Assembly (NCBI GenBank): GCA_037917685.1
Contig: JAVCBU010000012.1
Coordinates: 256,001-320,000, forward strand
Length of the DNA: 64,000 nt
DNA from: Thermoproteota archaeon
GTDB taxonomy: Archaea > Korarchaeota > Korarchaeia > Korarchaeales > JAOZGB01
Direction of reading: 5' to 3'
The notes beneath the pieces are model-generated. The model had not been told where the DNA came from and searched no databases. It saw only the letters and a list, made by a program, of their open reading frames with translations. Shown here in pieces: positions 8,888 through 17,902 of this stretch. Position 1 is the first letter of the stretch. Each line of letters starts with the position of its first letter. The translations under genes were made by a program, and so were the position numbers.

Positions 8888-10822
8888 CTATATGCTGCAC
8901 TCTGACAGTTGGACGGGCGTAGCGAAGCTTGGCGGTGGCCAGGGCCAGGTTGGAACTGGAGGCCACTCTGAAGGTGGAGCACACCACGCTACATGGGCAA
9001 CATCATAGTATATTCTGTCCAAGTCTGGCGACGGCGCGTACGCTTCCACGTCTAGTTGGTAGCTGAAGCTTGAGCCAGCCCTGTATGTGAAGCTTGCTGG
9101 GAAGCCGTTAAATGATTGACCGTCTGACCCGAAACCTCTAACATAAACACTTACCTCTATGGGGAATTGGCTACCTATCCCGGGGCCGCCGAGGTTCTCT
9201 ATACCGGCTTCAAGCCTAAGATGCCAGTCATACAATCCTCCCGGGACGTTAGACCAGCCATAAACATACAGGTGAAGCCACGAGATTAGTGTAGGCCTGA
9301 CCACTGCTGGCACACCTGACTCCCACTTTCCCGTGAATATAAGGCTTGCAGCATGAGCCCTTACTTCGACGTTTAACAAGCCCTGGGCATCGGCCCTGCC
9401 TGACCAGGGTTTTGCAGGGCCGGGCCAGTCCTCGGAGAGAAGAACCAATACTATGGTGTTTTCACCCTCCTGAAGCAGGCTGGTAATGTTGTTAGGGCTC
9501 TTGCCAGGCTGGGTGATAGGAGGGTTCCACTCTACGCCATTTATGTAGGTTTTAATTGTCCCATTCACATAGGCCTCGAGGGTAAGATAGGCTTCTCCCA
9601 GGTCCTCAACGTACAAGCTGTAAGTTGCATAGGCATACCCTGCCATTAGATAAACTCTTGTGGAAGTTTGGCTACCTATTAAACCTGCAACGTCCCTATT
9701 CCAGTTCAGTTGGAGAACCTGACCCCCTGGCAGCTGAACAACCCTGACAAGCTTTCCGGCTCTACCTGGCGATAACTTGTTCCCCTCGGAATCCGCGGGA
9801 TAAATGTAACCGTCAGCATCGATAATCCAGTAGTTACCCTCATTATCTACATACAGGTACCCACCATTCTCACCGTCTCCTGGTACGGGTTCTAGGTTTT
9901 GGAGCCAGTCTTCTGCGCTACCTCCGTCTGGATCTAGATAACCCCCCCATGCGCCGCTGTATGCCTGCCAGTCCCATATTAGATTTGAGACTCCACCATT
10001 ACTTCCTGCTACTCCTTTTGTGGGCTGCGGGCCTGCGTGTAGGTTTATGTTGGCTGTAAGGTTTAGTAGTTGCTCTTGTCTAAACCATCGAATTAGGCTG
10101 TAGTCTGAGAACTCTGTTTCGTGGACGGATGCCTCTGCTATGCTTGTTGTTAGTCCTTCTGGCACGTTGAACTCTAGAATTAGGCCTGTCAGGGATTCTC
10201 CTGGCTGCATGTTCTCTATGATTATGCTGTCTCCCTGCACTGTCACCCTTGGGTCCTGGCCCTGGTAGTATGCTACCTGCACATTGTCCCCAGTAACAGT
10301 TATAGTTTCCATTTTTATGCCTGTATTTACCACTGTGAAGGAGATGTTTACCCTGCAGGGCCTTGATGGCACGTCGACCCGTAGGGTATCGGGCTGCAGG
10401 TCTACGCCGTAGCCCCCCTCCCCGGTTGTGAGAAATGTTGACACATAGCTTTCCCCCTGCCACACGGTATACTCCACCTTTGCCTGCAAGTCTCTGGATA
10501 CGGTTATGCTTTCAACTGTTAGATGCATGCCTCTCTCCTTAAGGCTGAGGTTTAGTAGGTGTAGGGTTTCAGATAACTTCTGCACGCATTGCTCTGGGTC
10601 TGCCTGGTCTGGGGGCTGGCTGCGGAGGTTTAGGGCTGTCTCCCTCAGCAGGTCGTAGGCTTGAATTGCCGTCTGGGTTAGTGTAAGCCTACTTTGTACC
10701 TTGTATTCAACCATCCAAATTGCGAGAAGGAGAATTGAGGACGAAACAATAATCGATATGACTATCAGTAGTCCTGTAGCCCCTATATTAGTTGTACCAG
10801 GATTTACAAATCCTATTTTCAT
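8888..10822 (-). CDS. Large pilin-anchored adhesin-like protein
   Basis: NIG|ATGLLIVISIIV pilin-like N-terminus; FTVVNTG/PGES Ig-like domain; YING...ITSLLQEGENTIVL jelly-roll motif; Pro/Trp-rich tail. Confidence 0.65.
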   Translation of the reverse strand: MKIGFVNPGTTNIGATGLLIVISIIVSSSILLLAIWMVEYKVQSRLTLTQTAIQAYDLLRETALNLRSQPPDQADPEQCVQKLSETLHLLNLSLKERGMHLTVESITVSRDLQAKVEYTVWQGESYVSTFLTTGEGGYGVDLQPDTLRVDVPSRPCRVNISFTVVNTGIKMETITVTGDNVQVAYYQGQDPRVTVQGDSIIIENMQPGESLTGLILEFNVPEGLTTSIAEASVHETEFSDYSLIRWFRQEQLLNLTANINLHAGPQPTKGVAGSNGGVSNLIWDWQAYSGAWGGYLDPDGGSAEDWLQNLEPVPGDGENGGYLYVDNEGNYWIIDADGYIYPADSEGNKLSPGRAGKLVRVVQLPGGQVLQLNWNRDVAGLIGSQTSTRVYLMAGYAYATYSLYVEDLGEAYLTLEAYVNGTIKTYINGVEWNPPITQPGKSPNNITSLLQEGENTIVLVLLSEDWPGPAKPWSGRADAQGLLNVEVRAHAASLIFTGKWESGVPAVVRPTLISWLHLYVYGWSNVPGGLYDWHLRLEAGIENLGGPGIGSQFPIEVSVYVRGFGSDGQSFNGFPASFTYRAGSSFSYQLDVEAYAPSPDLDRIYYDVAHVAWCAPPSEWPPVPTWPWPPPSFATPVQLSECSI

Positions 10823-10833
10823 ATCGCTGCCCT

Positions 10834-11274
10834 CTATGGTGTGTAAGTATTTTGCGCTACAGTCCCTTGTGGACCATAAACTTCGAAACTATGAGGTTGG
10901 CTTCCAGAAACCGTTGAAGATAGAGTTAAAATTATGGTCCCATCCACAGGTAGCGGGCCTGATGAAGGATTAGTCGATGAGACTACCATTAGTTCTCCAT
11001 CAACAACAACTTGCCATGCTGACGCATCTTCATATAGAAGCTCGTTAGGACCTATATTTTTGACTACAATACCTGAAATGTCGCTTCCAGTTTTGCTGTA
11101 AGCTATTATCTGTAGCTGGGTACCCCCACCGACGGTTGTAGTACGCCTGAATGTTGCTATAATGAAGCCTCTAAGAGGTCCAAATAATAATAGGCTTGCG
11201 CTTATGCCTAGAACTATCATTATTGCTGTTACAGCCACCTGGGATATTCCAACATTCTGGTTTTTTCTTACCAT
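10834..11274 (-). CDS. Archaeal type IV pilin, probable major pilin (first gene of operon)
   Basis: MVRKNQNVG|ISQVAVTAIMIVLGI; KNIG, WQVVVDGEL, VYGPQG; Ser/Thr-rich. Confidence 0.82.
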   Translation of the reverse strand: MVRKNQNVGISQVAVTAIMIVLGISASLLLFGPLRGFIIATFRRTTTVGGGTQLQIIAYSKTGSDISGIVVKNIGPNELLYEDASAWQVVVDGELMVVSSTNPSSGPLPVDGTIILTLSSTVSGSQPHSFEVYGPQGTVAQNTYTP

Positions 11275-11335
11275 TACACATCCCTACATATGCATGTAGA
11301 GGTCGCCCTATTTAGGTGGCTCCATAATCTATTTA

Positions 11336-11890
11336 TTGGGATTTATGGGTATTAATCACGTGCGTGTACAGACTATTGAAGAAGGAGTAGAAGGGGACAT
11401 TAGGGTTGTGGCCATCTCGGATACACATATCCCAGATAGGGCTAGAAGTTTACCTGAACAATGTATGGTACACTTGAGAAATGTTGATTTCATATTACAC
11501 GCCGGGGACATAACCTCCATAGAATTCTTAGAAAACCTTAGAGAGTATGGAAAAGTATACGCTGTTAGGGGGAACATGGATCCCCCAGAGCTATCCAATC
11601 TTCCTAGGTTCTTAATAGTAACCATAGGATCAATAAAAATTGGCATAGTACATAGACTGAGTTCTCTGGGTGGGAACCAGTACGCACTAAACCTAATGGA
11701 AAGGTATAATATTAACCTGCTGATTTATGGACATACACATAGACCATCAATTTATAGAAAAAAGGGGTTCACCTTGCTAAATCCCGGAAGTCCAACCATA
11801 CCGATTCCCCCGTTCATAATTAAACCTTCGATAGCTACAGTCACTATAAGGCGGGGAGAAGCTACTATTGAAATAGTGAAACTCGGCTAA
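11336..11890 (+). CDS. YfcE/MJ0936-family metallophosphoesterase
   Basis: SDTH, HAGD, VRGNMD, YGHTH, LNPGS motifs. Confidence 0.92.
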   Translation: MGFMGINHVRVQTIEEGVEGDIRVVAISDTHIPDRARSLPEQCMVHLRNVDFILHAGDITSIEFLENLREYGKVYAVRGNMDPPELSNLPRFLIVTIGSIKIGIVHRLSSLGGNQYALNLMERYNINLLIYGHTHRPSIYRKKGFTLLNPGSPTIPIPPFIIKPSIATVTIRRGEATIEIVKLG

Positions 11891-11960
11891 AATATAGTCC
11901 GCCAAACTGTAGTAGATAAATTAATTATTGGGCTGTGATAGGTAAGACAACGGTGGAACC

Positions 11961-12623
11961 ATGCCTAAGAAATTCAAGTGTATACAGCCCAGCTGGGATG
12001 ATTTACATAGCATAGCAGAAAAAGTGGCGGACAAGATAAAATCCTCAGGTTTCCAGCCGGATATGATTGTAGGGATCGCAAGAGGGGGATGGTTTCACGC
12101 AAGGGTACTATGCGATTTTCTCGGGGTAAAGGATCTGCTAAGCCTTAAAGTCGCACACTGGGGTATAACAGCGACTCCGGACAAGAAGGCGAAACTCATG
12201 TACCCATTTGAATTTGATCTCTCTGGAAGGAAGGTATTACTTGTAGATGACATCACAGATACAGGTGACAGTTTTATAGTAGCGAGGAAACATCTTGAAA
12301 AGCTTAAAGCAGACGAAATAAGATCAGCAGCCCTATATTACATTGTAGGTTCAAAGTTTAAACCAGACTATTATGGAGAAGCAATCGAATGGGTTTGGGT
12401 CATATTTCCCTGGAACTTCACAGAGGATATAATCAATATCTCAATGATGAGTCTAGAGGATGAGCCTCTAACAACTTCTGAACTTATTGAAAAACTAAAG
12501 AAAAACCATAACATTAAAATTACCCATGAAAAACTTGAGAAAATCCTCAAAGAAGGAGTAAGAAGAGGAAATCTAACCTTTAAGGATGGGAGGTGGTATC
12601 TTGCAAGAAAGGGTTCAAGCTGA
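11961..12623 (+). CDS. Purine (hypoxanthine/xanthine/guanine) phosphoribosyltransferase with C-terminal winged-helix-like extension
   Basis: IARGG, PRPP motif VLLVDDITDTGDS, WVIFPW. Confidence 0.88.
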   Translation: MPKKFKCIQPSWDDLHSIAEKVADKIKSSGFQPDMIVGIARGGWFHARVLCDFLGVKDLLSLKVAHWGITATPDKKAKLMYPFEFDLSGRKVLLVDDITDTGDSFIVARKHLEKLKADEIRSAALYYIVGSKFKPDYYGEAIEWVWVIFPWNFTEDIINISMMSLEDEPLTTSELIEKLKKNHNIKITHEKLEKILKEGVRRGNLTFKDGRWYLARKGSS

Positions 12624-13473
12624 AATCGGGGTAATAGGCGGGAGTGGAATATATGAGATCGAGGGACTCCAGAATGTAAGAGAGATAAAAATAAAAACAC
12701 CATTCGGAAAACCTTCAGATTCATACATAATAGGCGAGTTAGAAGGTATAAAAATAGCTTTCCTGCCAAGACACGGCAGAGGACATAGAATGCTCCCATC
12801 AGAAATAAATTATAGAGCCAATATTCTAGGCTTCAAGATGCTTGGCGTCACACAAATAATATCGATCAGTGCTGTAGGAAGCATGAAAAAAGAGATAGAG
12901 CCTCTTAGCATAGTAATACCTGATCAGCTATTTGACAGAACAAAGATGAGAGTATCAACATTCTTTGGGAATGGAATAGTAGCACACATAGCATTTGATA
13001 AACCATTCTGTCCGGCTCTAAGCAGGCTACTATATAAAGCCGCTTCGGAGCTTAACCTAAAAGTACATTTAGGAGGAACATATATCTGCATAGAAGGCCC
13101 CCAATTTTCCACAAAGGCGGAATCAAGGATTTATAGACAGTGGGGGGTAGACATTATAGGGATGACGGCGATCCCAGAGGCAAAACTCGCAAGGGAAGCT
13201 GAGATTTGCTACGCCACGCTAGCACTGGTAACAGACTACGATGTATGGTACGAAGGAGAAGAAGTGACCGCTGAGATGGTAATGGAAAATATGAAAAAGA
13301 ATGTAGAGAATGCCAAAAAGATTCTAAGGGAAGCTGTGAAAATGCTACCCTATGATGGAAGCCGATGCACGTGCAGAAGCACCTTGAAAAACTCTATAGT
13401 CACAGACCCAGCAAAGATAAACAAAGAAACCCTCGAGAAACTTGCACCTTTAATCTCAAAATACATAAAATAG
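12601..13473 (+). CDS. mtnP: S-methyl-5'-thioadenosine phosphorylase
   Basis: IGVIGGSG, FLPRHG, EGPQFSTKAES, GMT..PEAKLARE, VTDYD; TTG start at 12601 after GGAGGTGG (ORF track gives 12586). Confidence 0.92.
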   Translation: MQERVQAEIGVIGGSGIYEIEGLQNVREIKIKTPFGKPSDSYIIGELEGIKIAFLPRHGRGHRMLPSEINYRANILGFKMLGVTQIISISAVGSMKKEIEPLSIVIPDQLFDRTKMRVSTFFGNGIVAHIAFDKPFCPALSRLLYKAASELNLKVHLGGTYICIEGPQFSTKAESRIYRQWGVDIIGMTAIPEAKLAREAEICYATLALVTDYDVWYEGEEVTAEMVMENMKKNVENAKKILREAVKMLPYDGSRCTCRSTLKNSIVTDPAKINKETLEKLAPLISKYIK

Positions 13474-13504
13474 GTTTGAGACAGAATTAACAGGGAGGTT
13501 TCGG

Positions 13505-14806
13505 TTGAACACGGTTAAGGTGCATGGATGGGTAGAGTCAATTAGGATTCTAAAAAATGTTAAGTTTATAGTGTTAAGAAACTGGAATGGCAAAATACAG
13601 TTAACTATTAAGAGGAATGAAGCTCCAACCGAGGTTTGGGAATTAGTAGACAGACTTACAAGAGAATCTGTTATCGAAGCTGAAGGTGAACAGGTATTAG
13701 AAAAGGTTGCAAAGGTAGACGCTGAAGTTAAGCCGAAAAGAATAAAGATACTTAGCTTAGCACAGACACCCCTACCCCTTGATCCATCCCTTCCAGTGGA
13801 CACCGGCGACCCAAACATAGAAATCAAGGAGCCTAAAACCCTTTTCAGCACAAGATTCAAACACAGGAGCCTCGACCTAAGAAATCCAAGAAACCAAGCA
13901 ATATTCAAGGTACAAGCAGCACTAGTCGAAGGAATGGAAGAATGGCTTAATAGAAAAGGATTTCTCAGAGTATTTACCCCCCTAATAATAGGAGCACCAT
14001 CTGAGGGGGGTGCTGAGGTTTTTAAAGTAAACTACTTCGGGAGAGAAGCATTCCTAAGACAGGACCCGCAATTACATAGGCAACTTACAATAGCAGGCGG
14101 GTTCGAGAAAATATATGACCTTGGTACAAGCTGGAGAGCTGAAAAGAGCCACACTAGGAGACACATATGTGAATTTAGATCATGTGCTGTAGAAATGGCG
14201 TTTATAAAAGATGAAACGGATGTGGAGAGAATAGAAGCTGAAATTGTTAAGGCTGGTATAAAAAAAGCATTAGAGAAATGTGAAAGAGAATTCAAAATAC
14301 TCAACGTCGAACCTGAAATACCAAAAACACCATTCCCTGAACTTAGGTTTCCAGAAATCTATGAAATTCTGAGGGGATACGGCAAAAAAATCCCATACGG
14401 TGAAAATTACGACGAGGAATCGGAGGAGATTCTATGGCACTATGTAAAAGAGAACTATGATACAGACTTCTTCTTTGTGAACAGGTTTCCTTTCAAGGCT
14501 AAACCTTTCTATGTAATGAAGGCTGATGATACGTGGGCGAGAAGCATCGATCTAATATATAAAGGCCTAGAATTAAGTTCAGGCGGACAGAGAGAGCATA
14601 GGTATCACGTGCTTATTTCCCAGATAAAGGAGAAACAGTTAAACCCTAAGCTTCTAGAATGGTTCACAGATCCGTTCAAGTACGGAGTTCCACCACATGG
14701 AGGCTTTGCAGTTGGAATAGAGAGATTAACAATGCAACTGCTAAACCTGTATAATATAAGAGATGCAACCTTGTATCCTAGGGACCCTGAAAGATCGATA
14801 CCATAA
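13505..14806 (+). CDS. aspS: Aspartate--tRNA ligase (archaeal type)
   Basis: OB-fold N-terminus, RSLDLR, SEGGAEVF, WRAEKSHTRRH, ELSSGGQREH, PPHGGFAVGIERL, YPRDP. Confidence 0.9.
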   Translation: MNTVKVHGWVESIRILKNVKFIVLRNWNGKIQLTIKRNEAPTEVWELVDRLTRESVIEAEGEQVLEKVAKVDAEVKPKRIKILSLAQTPLPLDPSLPVDTGDPNIEIKEPKTLFSTRFKHRSLDLRNPRNQAIFKVQAALVEGMEEWLNRKGFLRVFTPLIIGAPSEGGAEVFKVNYFGREAFLRQDPQLHRQLTIAGGFEKIYDLGTSWRAEKSHTRRHICEFRSCAVEMAFIKDETDVERIEAEIVKAGIKKALEKCEREFKILNVEPEIPKTPFPELRFPEIYEILRGYGKKIPYGENYDEESEEILWHYVKENYDTDFFFVNRFPFKAKPFYVMKADDTWARSIDLIYKGLELSSGGQREHRYHVLISQIKEKQLNPKLLEWFTDPFKYGVPPHGGFAVGIERLTMQLLNLYNIRDATLYPRDPERSIP

Positions 14807-14845
14807 ATTTAAATAAGCCCTATTCATCCTTAAGCCCATGAGGCG

Positions 14846-16030
14846 ATGAAACATTTGGAACAAGACTTCAGGGAACTTTCAGCCCTTGAGATACTAAGGG
14901 AAATGAAAGATTCAACTAGAATGATGGTTGGCTTGGCCTACGCCTCAGTCCTATATAATAATGTAGAAATAGCAAAGGAGGTACTAGAAACCGAGAAGGA
15001 GATAGACAAATTATCATACGAACTTGCGGTAAAGCTTATCGTTGCAGGAAAGGGTATGAAAGCAGCTCAAGAACTTGCAAGTCTAATTGAAGTGGGAACG
15101 GCTGTAAACATGATATCCGATTCTGCTGCAGAAATCGCACATCTCACAAGCATGGGAATGCCCATCCCAAACGTGGTTAAAGAAGTGTTTTACAGATCCG
15201 AAGAGGTAATTGGCATGGTAACTGTAGGTGAGGGAGCACATATAATAGGTAGAAAGATCGAAGAGCTTAGGGAAGATCCAGCTATATTGGAAGGATGCGA
15301 CATTTTAGCTGTTAAGAGGGGAAGGTGGATTTTTGATCTAGACCCCGGATTTGCGATTAGAAAAGGAGACATACTTCTACTAGAAGGTACCAGAGAGGGG
15401 ATCGAAGCATTGAGAGGGGTTAGAGTTGAAACGCCTCCCCCCGGAGAGGAAATAAAAAGAGAGGCTAAAAACCTTAGAAATTATCTGCTCACATTAAAGT
15501 CTATCTCAGAGCTAATGGTTGACTTAGCCTACACCGCTGTATTGCTGTGGAATAAAACAATAGCTAAAGAGGTGGAAAGACTCGAAGAGGAAGTGGATAA
15601 GCTCCACCTTGAATATGAAACATATGTAATTTCAGCACTTTCTGGAATAGAAGATTCAAGAAGTATAGTTACTCTGCTAAGACTCGGGGTATCAGCTGAA
15701 AATATAGCTGACGCAGCTTATAAGATGGCTGAACTTGTGAAAATGGGCGTTGAACCTCACCCGATATTTGAAGAAGCTATCGAGAAGTCAGAGGAGACCA
15801 TAGTAAAACTTAGAGTTCAGCCATGGTCCCCAGCGGTTGGGCTAAAGCTTTACGAGCTGTCTCTCGAAGAAGAAACTGGTATGAAAATAGTTGCGATTAA
15901 AAGAGGGAATCTATGGATCTACAATCCTAAGCCGTCTATACGGCTGGGTGAAAACGATCTTATAATAGCTGTCGGCCCCCCAGCAGGAGTGGAAGCTGCA
16001 ATAAAGCTTATCGGAGCTGTTGAAGAGTGA
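14846..16030 (+). CDS. PhoU + TrkA-C (RCK_C) tandem-repeat protein, 'potassium channel family' regulator
   Basis: Two repeats of MV.LAY..VL..N..IAKEV helical PhoU unit, each followed by an A(I/V)KRG..W RCK_C domain. Confidence 0.85.
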   Translation: MKHLEQDFRELSALEILREMKDSTRMMVGLAYASVLYNNVEIAKEVLETEKEIDKLSYELAVKLIVAGKGMKAAQELASLIEVGTAVNMISDSAAEIAHLTSMGMPIPNVVKEVFYRSEEVIGMVTVGEGAHIIGRKIEELREDPAILEGCDILAVKRGRWIFDLDPGFAIRKGDILLLEGTREGIEALRGVRVETPPPGEEIKREAKNLRNYLLTLKSISELMVDLAYTAVLLWNKTIAKEVERLEEEVDKLHLEYETYVISALSGIEDSRSIVTLLRLGVSAENIADAAYKMAELVKMGVEPHPIFEEAIEKSEETIVKLRVQPWSPAVGLKLYELSLEEETGMKIVAIKRGNLWIYNPKPSIRLGENDLIIAVGPPAGVEAAIKLIGAVEE

Positions 16031-16998
16031 AAATAGGCCAGCTTGGGGAATTAAAAGTAAGAAAGCTTATCATTGATGCCTTGAAAAGGCCTGGTAAAGA
16101 ATTGTTAAGAATGGGGTTAGATGATGCTTCAGCCGTAAAATGTAAGGAAAGAATACTTGTAGTCAACATTGACAGCTTCGTCGAATCAACTGATAAGCCA
16201 CCATGTATGGAATGGAATCACGTGGGGAGAAAAGCTGTTATAGGTGCTTTAAGCGATCTAGTCGCAAAGGGAGTTAAACCATGCTATGCCGTTGTTTCAC
16301 TATGCCTTCCAGCAGAGTTTGAGGTAGAAAATCTGAAATTAATATTGGATGGATTTAATATTGCAGCTAAAGAATCAGGCTGTAAAATAATAGGGGGGGA
16401 CATAAACAATTCAAAAGATGTTGTTATTACCATCACCGCATTAGCATTTGCCAAGCCAAAAGATCTGATTCCTAGAAGCGGAACAAAGCATGGAGACCTT
16501 GTAGCTGTTACAGGTGAGTTTGGGTGGACATATTTAGGCCTAAGGGTTGCATTTGGAATGGTAGACCTGCCTGAACCCTATAGACAAATAGCTATTGACT
16601 GGGTGAATAAACCAAGACTCCATTTAGTGGAAGGACTTCTCCTTTCAGAGCACAGACTCGCAGTTTCATGTATTGATAGCAGCGATGGTTTAGCAGCATC
16701 ATTATATGAACTTTCTATGGCTTCAGGAGTTGGATTTAAAGTTGAACACCTTCCCATAGATAGAAAACTTATAGAAGCAATGGAGATCTCAGGGCTGAAC
16801 ATTGAAGAAGCAGTATTTTATGGTGGGGAGGAGTATAACCTAGTATTTACTACTAAGCCCAGCATGAAAAACCTGGTAGAAGAGATTTTTGGAAAATACG
16901 GTTTGAAAGTTTACTGGATAGGAAGAGCCGTGGAAAATGAAGGGGTATGGTACAGGAATAAGAAGCTTAAATATGGGTGGGAACACTTCAAGAGCTAA
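16027..16998 (+). CDS. thiL: Thiamine-monophosphate kinase
   Basis: LGE, DDAS, LSDLVAKG, IIGGD, IDSSDGL, GGEEYNLVFT, GWEHF. Confidence 0.92.
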   Translation: MKIGQLGELKVRKLIIDALKRPGKELLRMGLDDASAVKCKERILVVNIDSFVESTDKPPCMEWNHVGRKAVIGALSDLVAKGVKPCYAVVSLCLPAEFEVENLKLILDGFNIAAKESGCKIIGGDINNSKDVVITITALAFAKPKDLIPRSGTKHGDLVAVTGEFGWTYLGLRVAFGMVDLPEPYRQIAIDWVNKPRLHLVEGLLLSEHRLAVSCIDSSDGLAASLYELSMASGVGFKVEHLPIDRKLIEAMEISGLNIEEAVFYGGEEYNLVFTTKPSMKNLVEEIFGKYGLKVYWIGRAVENEGVWYRNKKLKYGWEHFKS

Positions 16999-17902
16999 GT
17001 AAATCCGAAACTTTGAGGAAGGTAAGTTCTTCCCCTATAATCTTTTCGATCATCCGCTTAACCTCCATGGGAGACTTCGCCTTAACCGTAGCTCCAGCAG
17101 CTGCAGAGTGGCCTCCTCCACCGAGCTTTGCAGCGATCTCAGAACAGTCTATGCTGTCGTCTCCTCTACCTATAGAGATACTCCACTCGTTAGGTGAGAC
17201 CCTTCTAACAGTAAACATGAGTTTGAAGCCCCTAAGCTGGAGATGCCAAAGCATCATTCTGGCAAAAACTAAACCATGTTTATCAATGTATATGAATGGA
17301 ATAGTGTCATCTGGAATACGTAGTGCAGCCTTTTCTGAGTTTTCCCTTCTATTCTTACCATTTTCCATAAATTTTCGGACTACGGGCTGCTCTAATGCTT
17401 TGAGTCCTTGTTCTGCGAAGAGTTTAACAAGCAACAGCCTGCCCTCTCGATTTGAGCCCTTAACAGCATCGTAAACCTTCCACGCGACTTCATCCCTTAT
17501 ACTGGCTGTATCTGTTTGAGTAGCTATTTTAGCAAATTTTCTGGCAACCTCGTCGTTTTCTAACTTCAAAGCTTTCAATACGAGAACAGCTGCGCAAGGA
17601 GCTAACGGATCGTAGACGTATTTTTTGGTGCATGGTTTGTTAGTTTTATGATGGTCTACCCATAGTTTGGCGCGTTTTGGACACGGGAGGTCTGCAACAA
17701 TATCCCATTGGACAAGATTGTAGAGGTTTAACAAGCCTCCTCTCTGGATTTCATAGGGCTCAGCTAGTTCTATTTCGGCATCTCTGAATTTCCTTAGGGC
17801 TATAGCGGCGGATAGTATCCCATCCGCATCACCACTGTGCGACAGAACCAGAGGTTTCTGCCTTAGCTTTGAAACCAGCCATAGTTTAACAAGTCTTTTC
17901 AT
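16988..17902 (-). CDS. DHH/DHHA1 family phosphoesterase
   Basis: DADG, ADLP, VDHH, GGGGHSAAAG. Confidence 0.88.
   Translation of the reverse strand: MKRLVKLWLVSKLRQKPLVLSHSGDADGILSAAIALRKFRDAEIELAEPYEIQRGGLLNLYNLVQWDIVADLPCPKRAKLWVDHHKTNKPCTKKYVYDPLAPCAAVLVLKALKLENDEVARKFAKIATQTDTASIRDEVAWKVYDAVKGSNREGRLLLVKLFAEQGLKALEQPVVRKFMENGKNRRENSEKAALRIPDDTIPFIYIDKHGLVFARMMLWHLQLRGFKLMFTVRRVSPNEWSISIGRGDDSIDCSEIAAKLGGGGHSAAAGATVKAKSPMEVKRMIEKIIGEELTFLKVSDLLSS

Noticed and set aside
8888-9100. Diversity-generating retroelement target in the adhesin C-terminus
   Set aside because: No reverse transcriptase and no template/variable repeat pair seen in the window
1669-11274. Archaellum (flagellar) operon
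   Set aside because: No ArlH/KaiC-like ATPase, no recognisable archaellin N-terminus (GIGTLIVFIA-type) and no chemotaxis genes; multiple minor pilins and an adhesin fit a pilus better
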